In this document: piece after piece, positions 1 to 6,517 of the stretch
How the letters are laid out: the number at the start of each line of letters is the position of its first letter
Numbering within the stretch: the first letter of the stretch is position 1
Origin: Micrococcus luteus NCTC 2665
GTDB taxonomy: Bacteria; Actinomycetota; Actinomycetes; Actinomycetales; Micrococcaceae
Direction: 5' to 3'
Length of the DNA stretch: 32,000 nucleotides
Assembly: GCF_000023205.1 (NCBI RefSeq)
Contig: NC_012803.1
Span: forward strand, 1,980,001 to 2,012,000
Notes under the pieces: generated by a model
The model's database searches: none
The model's input: only the letters and a program-made list of their open reading frames with translations
What the model was told of the DNA's origin: nothing
Translations under genes and position numbers: made by a program

Positions 1-6
1 GCGGGC

Positions 7-936
7 ATGTCGACCGCGAGGTTCTGCCAGCTCTTCGACATGCCCGAGCGGACCTGGCGCCGCTGGCAGGCCAAGGCCCGCACCGGGACGGCGGTGAAGG
101 GACCGTGGCCGCAACCGGGACGGCAGGCCGCCAGGGAACTGGTGGTCAAGCACGCGCTGGCCCATCCGGCGTGGGGGCATCGGAAGATCTGGGCGATGGT
201 CCGCCACGACGGGCATGTGGTTTCCGAGGCGACCGTGCTGCGGATCCTGCGCGACGAGGGGCTGATTCTGCCCGCGCAGTACCAACGGGAGCGACGGAAG
301 CTGGCCGAGCGGCGCAAGGCCGCGTTCGCCACCGAGCCCTCAGGCCCGAACCAAGTCTGGCAGCTGGACTTCAGCGAGTTCGAGACCACCACCGGAGGGA
401 CCTGGCGGCTGGCCGGGTGCCGGGACTACTGGTCCAAGTACGAGCACCCCTTCCACGTTTCGCCCACCGGGAACCAGCACGACGCGATCGACGCGATCGA
501 GTTGGCCCTGGCCGACTACGAGGCCATGTTCGGTCACCCGCTGGTCGAGGCCTGCCCGGTCGATCCCGAGACCGGTGAGCTGTTGCCCGTGGTGACCATC
601 GTGACGGACAACGGCGGGCCGTTCCGGTCCTTCCGCTTCGAGTCCTTCATCGCCGCCCACCCCGAGCTACACCACGTGCGCACCCGAGTGAAGACCCCGG
701 GGCAGAACGGGTCCCGTGAACGCGGCTTCGGCACGCTGAAGTACGAACGGCTCTACCTGGACGAGATCGACGACGCGATCGTGCTCGCCGAGCGGGCCGA
801 GGACTACCGGATCGAGTACAACGAGCTCCGGCCCCACGAGGCCATCTCATGGAACCGGCCCAAGGAGGTGCACCTGGGCCTGGCCGACCCCACCACCCCG
901 ACATTCAAAACCAAGGAAATCCTGCCAACTACTTGA
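7..936 (+). CDS. DDE (rve/integrase-core) transposase with N-terminal HTH. IS481/IS3 superfamily, exact family unresolved.
   Basis: 309-aa ORF. HTH-like N-terminus (FCQLFDMPERTWRRWQ). Catalytic-core pattern PNQVWQLDFSEF ... TDNGGPFRS ... NGSRERGFGTLKYE ... YNELRPHEAI. The window starts 6 nt upstream, so the element's left end is not visible. Confidence 0.8.
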   Translation: MSTARFCQLFDMPERTWRRWQAKARTGTAVKGPWPQPGRQAARELVVKHALAHPAWGHRKIWAMVRHDGHVVSEATVLRILRDEGLILPAQYQRERRKLAERRKAAFATEPSGPNQVWQLDFSEFETTTGGTWRLAGCRDYWSKYEHPFHVSPTGNQHDAIDAIELALADYEAMFGHPLVEACPVDPETGELLPVVTIVTDNGGPFRSFRFESFIAAHPELHHVRTRVKTPGQNGSRERGFGTLKYERLYLDEIDDAIVLAERAEDYRIEYNELRPHEAISWNRPKEVHLGLADPTTPTFKTKEILPTT

Positions 937-954
937 CGCGGGACAGCGGGAGGG

Positions 955-2520
955 TCAGTGGATGTAGGAGAAGACGCCCATCATCCCGGCCTCGGCGTGG
1001 TAGGCGTTGTGGCAGTGGGTTAGCCACTGGCCCGGGTTGTCCGCCTCGAAGTCGAAGACGATGGTTTGCCGGGGTTTGATGATGACCGTGTCCTTGCGGG
1101 CGCCATGGTCGGCCAGCTGGAAGGTGTGGCCGTGCAGGTGCATGGGGTGCCACATGTCGGTGTCGTTGGTCATCGTGACCCGCACGCGTTCGTCCAACCG
1201 GAGTTCGAAGGCGCCCTCGAAGGGGTTGGCCGGGTCGAAGCGTCGCCCGTTGATGCCCCAGTCGTACTCCATCATCGACCCGGTGAGGCGTACCTCGTGG
1301 GTCCTGGTCGGGTCCTTGGGCGGGAGCAGGACGGATTCGTGTGCCTTCAGTCGGCTGCCATCGAGCACGGTTCCGCCCAGGGTCTGCGGGAGCCGACCGG
1401 AGAGCGTGGTCTTTGGACCGGCTGCGATGATGCCGTAGGCGTGGCCGGTCTTGCCCTCGGGCAGGGCCAGTACGGGCACCGCCTGGTCGCCGAGGGTGAT
1501 CAGCACGTCCAGGCGTTCGCCCATCCCCAGGACGACGGCATCGGCCTGGCGGGGCTGGACCGGGAACCCGTCGGTGTGGGTGATGGTCAGTTCCTGGCCG
1601 GGGATCCCGACCCGGTAAGCGGTGTCTCCGGCCGCGTTGATCAAGCGCAGGCGGATCCGGTTGCCCGGGGTGCTGGAGAAGGTGTCCGGGTCGGATGGGG
1701 GGCGGCCGTTGAACAGGTGCACGGGGATCTTCACGTCGCCGGCGTCCCCGCCCAGATAGTCGCTCTCAGCGCCCATGAGCATGTGCTTCATGGGCATGCC
1801 CGAGGAGCTGTCCTGGCTCATGGACCCGTGGTCCATGCCCGCCATGCCGGCCATGCCCTCCATGTCGCCGGACATGTCCATCCCGGCGGAGAGTTCCTCG
1901 ACGACGTCCTGCGGTGTTCCGGTGATCCCGTCGAGCCAGTCGTCCAGGATCACGACCCATTCCTGGTCGTAGCTGAGGGGCTCGTTGGGGTCCTCGACGA
2001 TCAGGGCCCCGTACAGGGCGCGTTCGCGCTGGGTGTCGAAGTGGGAGTGGTACCAGTACGTGCCCGGATGGGACAGCCGGAAGTCGTACGTATAGGTTTC
2101 TCCGGCGGCGATGGGGTCCTGGGTCACTCCTTGGACTCCGTCGGCGTCGTTGCGCAGGGCCAGCCCGTGCCAGTGCACGCTCGTGTCCTCGGGCAGGTCG
2201 TTGGCGACGCTGACCTTGAGCAGGTCCCCGGTCTGGGCGCGCAGCAGCGGCCCGTTGAGGCCGTCGTTGTATCCCCAGGTGGTCAGGCCCCGACCCTGGA
2301 GGGAGGTCTCGAGGGGTGCGGCGGAGAGCCGGTGGGTGACGGTGGTGCCCGAGGCGGCGCGTCGTTTCTCGTACTCGGCGACCAGCGGGTCGGTGGGCAG
2401 GATGCGCCCTGACGGTTGGGGGCTGATGGCGGGATCGGCGCAGGCGGCCAGCCCGGCCAGCGCCAGGGCCCCGACGGAGGCGCCCAGGAAGGTGCGGCGG
2501 GTGGTCAGTGAGGAGGTCAT
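955..2520 (-). CDS. Multicopper oxidase (CopA/CueO/MmcO-like), Tat-exported lipoprotein with a Met-rich insert
   Basis: Tat motif TRRTFL followed by lipobox LAAC. Copper-ligand motifs HWHG, WYHSH, HPMHLHGH and HCHNAYHAEAGMM. Met-rich loop GMDMSGDMEGMAGMAGMDHGSM..MPMKHMLMG. RBS GGAAAGAAG lies upstream of ATG 2520. Confidence 0.92.
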   Translation of the reverse strand: MTSSLTTRRTFLGASVGALALAGLAACADPAISPQPSGRILPTDPLVAEYEKRRAASGTTVTHRLSAAPLETSLQGRGLTTWGYNDGLNGPLLRAQTGDLLKVSVANDLPEDTSVHWHGLALRNDADGVQGVTQDPIAAGETYTYDFRLSHPGTYWYHSHFDTQRERALYGALIVEDPNEPLSYDQEWVVILDDWLDGITGTPQDVVEELSAGMDMSGDMEGMAGMAGMDHGSMSQDSSSGMPMKHMLMGAESDYLGGDAGDVKIPVHLFNGRPPSDPDTFSSTPGNRIRLRLINAAGDTAYRVGIPGQELTITHTDGFPVQPRQADAVVLGMGERLDVLITLGDQAVPVLALPEGKTGHAYGIIAAGPKTTLSGRLPQTLGGTVLDGSRLKAHESVLLPPKDPTRTHEVRLTGSMMEYDWGINGRRFDPANPFEGAFELRLDERVRVTMTNDTDMWHPMHLHGHTFQLADHGARKDTVIIKPRQTIVFDFEADNPGQWLTHCHNAYHAEAGMMGVFSYIH

Positions 2521-2539
2521 CGGTTCTTCTTTCCGTCAT

Positions 2540-2575
2540 CCGGCCCCGTGTCGCAGGCGGGCGCGACGGGGCCGG
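2540..2575 (-). promoter_or_regulatory. GC-rich stem-loop between the DUF6153-like gene and the oxidase RBS (possible attenuator, processing or stability element)
   Basis: CCGGCCCCGT(GT)CGC..loop..GCGACGGGGCCGG. About 13 bp of stem with a 2-nt bulge. No U-tract follows on the minus strand. Confidence 0.3.
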
Positions 2576-2632
2576 GCATGGCTGATCAGTTGCTGGGTGA
2601 GGCCGGTGGCGTACCGGGGCTGCGTGCCGCTG

Positions 2633-3136
2633 TCACCCGGAGGTATTGGCGGACCCTGCGCTCACCGGTGGGGCGCGGCCGGGGGCTTTAGGTGCGGCTG
2701 ATGGCCAGTTGAGCCAGTGAAGGGTCCACGGGGGCCGGAAATGGGCAACCCAGGGCAGGGGTGGTGCGGTCAGTCCCCCACCAGGGCTAGGCAGGAGGGC
2801 CCGGGAGGCCAAGTGGGACACGACAGGTGCCTTGGTCAGGGCCGAGGCGCAGGTATCGTCCACGGCCTCCAGGGCACAGACCGGCAGCCCGGGGTCGGCT
2901 GCCTCATCCCCGGCAGGCTCGGCCGGGAGCACGACCTCGGCCACCATGCCGGCCGGACCGATGGCCCCCGGCCCGAGGTGATGAACAGTTGTGGCGGCGG
3001 CCGTACCGGTGGCGGCCCAAGCCGCGCTGGTGCCCGTACCAGCGTGCATCCCGAGCAGGCCCAGGATCAACACGAGGGTGCCCAGAACGGTTCGAAGGGC
3101 GGGCCAGCCGGACAGGGGGCGGCGGTAGGAGGTCAC
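2633..3136 (-). CDS. Small membrane-anchored protein, DUF6153-like
   Basis: 167-aa ORF. N-terminal TM ending LLGMH, spaced Cys residues and a Pro-rich tail, resembling DUF6153 proteins as I recall them. The GTG start overlaps the upstream stop (GTGA at 3133-3136). Family assignment is from memory only. Confidence 0.5.
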   Translation of the reverse strand: MTSYRRPLSGWPALRTVLGTLVLILGLLGMHAGTGTSAAWAATGTAAATTVHHLGPGAIGPAGMVAEVVLPAEPAGDEAADPGLPVCALEAVDDTCASALTKAPVVSHLASRALLPSPGGGLTAPPLPWVAHFRPPWTLHWLNWPSAAPKAPGRAPPVSAGSANTSG

Positions 3137-3999
3137 AGCAGCGATTCGGTGGTGTTCCCGCCGTCCGTGGTGGACAGCACGGTCGAGCCGACGACCAGCA
3201 GTGCTTCGGTCCGCCCGTCGTCGGTGATGCCGGCGCCCAGGGCGGAGGCCGTGCCGACCGGGCGGTCGCTGGCGGTCCAGGTGTCGCCGGCGTCGGTGCT
3301 GGTCAGCAGGTGTCCCTCGGTGCCGGCGCCCACGGCGGTGGTGTCATCGGCCCAGGCGACCAGGTGCATCAGCTGGGGGGTGTCCAGGGTGGTCCAGGTC
3401 GCGCCGTGGTCGGTCGAGCGCAACATGCCGGTTTCGGTGGTGGCCAGCACGGTCCCGGTTTGGGGGGAGATCGCCAGCGATGCCGGGGCGACGGGGATCT
3501 CAAGGCTCTGCCAGGTGAGGCCGTCGGTGCTGGCGCGCAGTTGCCCATCGAAGCCGAGGACCCCGTTCGGGCCGGCGGCCAGGGCGTGGAAATCGGATGC
3601 GCCGCCGCGGGAGAGCACCGTCCAGCTCTGGCCCCGGTCGGTGGACTCGGCCAGGCCCAGCGGCTCGGGCAGGTCGGTGCGCGGCGCGGGGTGACCCGAG
3701 GCCAGGTAGCGGCCCTCGGGAGTCAGGGTGAAACCCATGAAGTCCACGACCGGACCGACCTGGGTCAGCTCCCCGTCCTGGAGCCGGAACAGGCCCTGGT
3801 GGGTGGCCAGCAGCACCTCACCGGACTCGGGGTCCCGGGTGAGGGCATGGACGTGGGTGATGGCCGTGCCGGTGCCCTGCGTGCCGGTGCCGGCCGCCGG
3901 GGATGTCGCGGGGTTCGGCGCGGCGCAGGCGGTGAGGGTGCCAGCGCCGAGCAGGGTCAGCCCGCCGGCGATCAGGGTTCTGCGGGTCAGGGGGGTCAT
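3133..3999 (-). CDS. Tat-lipoprotein beta-propeller (BNR/Asp-box, F510_1955/Ycf48-like) of unknown function
   Basis: I chose the internal ATG at 3997-3999 with RBS GGAAAGG, not the 440-aa track ORF. MTPLTRRTLIAGG..LTAC gives a Tat motif plus lipobox. Repeated S/T-x-D-x-G-x-T/S-W units are present (STDRGQSW, STDGLTW, STDHGATW, STDAGDTW). Confidence 0.8.
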   Translation of the reverse strand: MTPLTRRTLIAGGLTLLGAGTLTACAAPNPATSPAAGTGTQGTGTAITHVHALTRDPESGEVLLATHQGLFRLQDGELTQVGPVVDFMGFTLTPEGRYLASGHPAPRTDLPEPLGLAESTDRGQSWTVLSRGGASDFHALAAGPNGVLGFDGQLRASTDGLTWQSLEIPVAPASLAISPQTGTVLATTETGMLRSTDHGATWTTLDTPQLMHLVAWADDTTAVGAGTEGHLLTSTDAGDTWTASDRPVGTASALGAGITDDGRTEALLVVGSTVLSTTDGGNTTESLL

Positions 4000-4079
4000 G
4001 GAGCCTTTCCGCCCCGGGCCAAAAGGCGGGGCATCTACCATTGTCGGCCGGTGACGCGCCGGGATGGGGCGGTTTGCCT

Positions 4080-4099
4080 TGAAGATTCGATGAAGATTC
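4080..4099. promoter_or_regulatory. CopR-type response-regulator box (9-bp direct repeat, 11-bp period) in the divergent promoter
   Basis: TGAAGATTC GA TGAAGATTC, two perfect 9-mers. It lies 81 bp upstream of the 3999 (-) start and 57 bp upstream of the 4156 (+) start. It matches the TGAAGATTTnnTGAAGATTT motif I recall for C. glutamicum CopR. Confidence 0.65.
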
Positions 4100-4155
4100 C
4101 CCGCCCCGGCACCGTTCTGAGCCGCCGGGGCGCGAGACAGAGCGAGACTGGACCC

Positions 4156-4875
4156 ATGAACTCTGGCACTGGGACTGACACTGGGACTGGTCCGGCGGCC
4201 GGCCGGGTGTTGGTGGTCGATGACGAGAAGCCGCTGGCGCGCATGGTGGCCACCTACCTGGAGCGGGCCGGCTACGAGGTGGCTCTCACCCACACCGGCC
4301 CGGCCGCAGTGCAGGCCGCCCGGGTTCACGAGCCCGACGTGATGGTCCTGGACCTGGGCCTGCCCGGGCTGGACGGGATCGAGGTGTGCCGGCGGGTGCG
4401 GGCCTTCTCCGAGTGCTATGTGCTGATGCTCACCGCCCGCGGCGATGAGCACCACCGGTTGGAGGGATTGGCGGTGGGGGCCGATGACTACATCACCAAA
4501 CCCTTCAGCGTCCGGGAGCTGGTCGCCCGGGTGGGGGCGGTCATGCGCCGGCCGCGCACAACGGTGTCAGCCCCCGAACCGGAACGGGTCTGCGGTGACC
4601 TGGTCATCGACCTGGCCGCCCACGAGGCCCGCGTGTCGGGCCAGGTGGTGCAACTGACGCGCACGGAGTTCGACCTGCTGGCCGCCTTGTCGGGGCGCCC
4701 GCACCAGGCCTTCTCCCGGCGCCAGCTGATCGATATCGTCTGGGACCCGGCCTGGGTGGGCGATGAACGGCTCGTGGACGTGCACATCAAGAACCTGCGC
4801 CGCAAGCTCGACGCGAACCCGGCCCGCTATATCGACACCGTCCGCGGGGTCGGCTACCGGATGGCGGAGCAATGA
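4156..4875 (+). CDS. copR: OmpR-family response regulator (CopR-like)
   Basis: Receiver motifs VVDDEKPL, VMVLDLGLPGLDG and YITKPF. Winged helix LTRTEFDLLAAL..VHIKNLRRKL..TVRGVGYRM. I chose ATG 4156 because the alternative ATG 4090 lies inside the repeat box. The stop overlaps the kinase start (ATGA). Confidence 0.85.
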   Translation: MNSGTGTDTGTGPAAGRVLVVDDEKPLARMVATYLERAGYEVALTHTGPAAVQAARVHEPDVMVLDLGLPGLDGIEVCRRVRAFSECYVLMLTARGDEHHRLEGLAVGADDYITKPFSVRELVARVGAVMRRPRTTVSAPEPERVCGDLVIDLAAHEARVSGQVVQLTRTEFDLLAALSGRPHQAFSRRQLIDIVWDPAWVGDERLVDVHIKNLRRKLDANPARYIDTVRGVGYRMAEQ

Positions 4876-6041
4876 CCGGCCGGCGGCGCTACCAAGGATT
4901 AGCGGCCCGGTTCTTCCTCGCCCAGCTGCTGGTGGTGGGGGCCAGCGTGCTGGCCGCGGTGGTGGTGGCCTCCCTGGCCGGCCCACCACTGTTCCACGAG
5001 CACCTGGAACAGGCCGGGGCCGGACACGATGCAGCCCAGATGCTGCACGTGGAGCAGGCCTACCGGGACACCAATTTCTGGACCCTGGGCGTGGCCCTGG
5101 CCACGGCCTTGATCTGTTGTCTGGCATTGACCTGGCATGTCGCCCGCCGGATCCAGAGTCCGATCAACGCCCTGACCCAGGCGGCCAAGGCCATGGCCGG
5201 TGGACGGTACGACACCCGCGTGCCGGCCATGGGCGCCGGCACCGAGGTGGAGGAGCTGGCAGGGTCTTTCAACACCATGGCCGCACGGCTTCAGCGCACC
5301 GAGGACACCCGTCGACGGATGCTCTCGGACCTGGCCCACGAGCTGCGCACCCCCGTCTCCGTGCTGACCGTCTACCACGAGGCCCTGCAAGACGGGGTGT
5401 CCCACTGGGACGAGCCCACCGGTGAGCTGATGGGCGAGCAGCTGGCCCGGTTGACCCGGCTGGTGGAGGACATCAACGACGTCTCCCGCGTCGAGGAGGG
5501 CCGGATCGAACTGGACCGCAGCCCCCAAGGGGTCAGCGGGCTGCTGCATGCCGCGACCGAGGCCCACAAGGAGGCCTACGCCACCAAGGGCGTGGCCCTG
5601 ACCATGGACGCCGATCCAGGCCTGGCCGTGGACGTGGACCGCCAGCGCATGGGCCAGGTCCTGGGCAACCTGCTCACCAACGCCCTGCGCCACACCCCGG
5701 CCGGGGGCCGGGTCACCCTCGAGGCCCGACAAAGCCCGTCCGGGGTCACGCTCAGCGTCACCGACACCGGGGAGGGGATCTCTCCCGAGCACCTGCCGCA
5801 CGTCTTCGAACGCTTCTACCGCGGGGACACCGCCCGCGACCGTGACCACGGCGGCTCCGGGGTCGGCCTGGCCATCTCCCGAGCTCTCATCCAGACCCAC
5901 GGCGGCACCCTGAGCGCCACCTCCACCACGGCCGGGGCGACGTTCACCATCGACCTGCCCACCAAGCAGCCCCCCGACCAGCCCACCTACCGGCGCACCC
6001 GTTTATCCACCGTGAACACCGGCGCTCCACCCCTTGAATGA
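4872..6041 (+). CDS. copS: Sensor histidine kinase (2 TM, short His/Met-containing outer loop, HAMP, HisKA, HATPase), CopS-like
   Basis: H-box HELRTP. N-box LGNLLTNALRHT. G-boxes DTGEGI and GGSGVGLAIS. Two TM segments flank the loop PPLFHEHLEQAGAGHDAAQMLHVEQAYRDTNF. Confidence 0.85.
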   Translation: MTGRRRYQGLAARFFLAQLLVVGASVLAAVVVASLAGPPLFHEHLEQAGAGHDAAQMLHVEQAYRDTNFWTLGVALATALICCLALTWHVARRIQSPINALTQAAKAMAGGRYDTRVPAMGAGTEVEELAGSFNTMAARLQRTEDTRRRMLSDLAHELRTPVSVLTVYHEALQDGVSHWDEPTGELMGEQLARLTRLVEDINDVSRVEEGRIELDRSPQGVSGLLHAATEAHKEAYATKGVALTMDADPGLAVDVDRQRMGQVLGNLLTNALRHTPAGGRVTLEARQSPSGVTLSVTDTGEGISPEHLPHVFERFYRGDTARDRDHGGSGVGLAISRALIQTHGGTLSATSTTAGATFTIDLPTKQPPDQPTYRRTRLSTVNTGAPPLE

Positions 6042-6057
6042 TACCCCCGGGGGGTAT
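6041..6057. promoter_or_regulatory. CsoR-type operator-like palindrome overlapping a -10-like TATACT
   Basis: ATACCCCC-G-GGGGGTAT: 8-bp perfect arms around one central G. It starts at the last base of the copS stop codon and is followed by TATATACT. It lies 56-72 bp upstream of copZ ATG 6113. Confidence 0.55.
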
Positions 6058-6112
6058 ATACTAAGAGGAGAAGCGCCGTCCGGCGCCGCCCTCAGACCTG
6101 AAGGAGACCGTC

Positions 6113-6442
6113 ATGACCGAATCCGCCCGCACCCCGCTGCCGGGGGCCACCAACGGCTGCTCGTGCTGCGCCCCAGCCGCCGACGCCACCGCCCCCGCCG
6201 GGCACCAGAGTGCCGACCCAACCGGGACGAGCGCCGGCGACGCGACCTACCAGGTGGAGGGCATGACCTGCGGACACTGCGTGGGCTCCGTCGCCGAGGC
6301 CGTGAGCGCCCTGGACGGGGTGGACGATGTCCGGGTCGAACTGGTCGCCGGCGGGGCCTCCCCCGTCACCGTGACCGGGCCCGCCTCCGCGGACTCCGTG
6401 CGGACGGCCATCGAAGCGGCCGGCTACCGCGTCCGGATCTAA
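6113..6442 (+). CDS. copZ: Heavy-metal-associated (HMA) copper chaperone with a 45-aa N-terminal extension
   Basis: The motif GMTCGHC sits in a beta-alpha-beta-beta-alpha-beta-sized C-terminal domain. The N-terminal extension contains CSCC. RBS GAAGGAGA. Confidence 0.85.
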   Translation: MTESARTPLPGATNGCSCCAPAADATAPAGHQSADPTGTSAGDATYQVEGMTCGHCVGSVAEAVSALDGVDDVRVELVAGGASPVTVTGPASADSVRTAIEAAGYRVRI

Positions 6443-6517
6443 CCGACCCATCCCCTCGAGGTCGGCGCCCCACCGCCGAGCCGGTCGCCGAACAGACCGC
6501 CGAGCAGAAGGAACACC

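Noticed and set aside
7-936. The idea that the left transposase gene is the missing catalytic half of the truncated IS481-like gene at 13017-13382.
   Set aside because: The 7-936 protein has its own N-terminal HTH region and a different sequence architecture. The two are separate elements, not halves of one.
4090-4092. Upstream in-frame ATG as the copR start (MKIPRPGTVLS...).
   Set aside because: The codon lies inside the direct-repeat regulator box (4080-4099). The added 22 residues are not part of a receiver domain.
2827-4875. Long N-terminal extensions of real genes in the ORF track. Examples: 682 aa for copR, 440 aa for the propeller (3133-4455), 1157 aa at 18412-21885, 733 aa at 24557-26758, 692 aa at 17945-20023, 322 aa at 8530-9498 and 481 aa at 27330-28775.
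   Set aside because: The upstream parts overlap neighbouring genes or intergenic DNA and translate to low-complexity sequence. Internal starts with good RBSs give proteins of normal family length, with signal peptides at the true N-terminus.
6041-6112. Search for a csoR gene (DUF156-type ~90-120-aa ORF) near the CsoR-like operator and elsewhere in the window.
   Set aside because: No small ORF on either strand shows the CsoR-like helical C-H-C signature. The operator call therefore stands without a cognate gene here and is given moderate confidence only.
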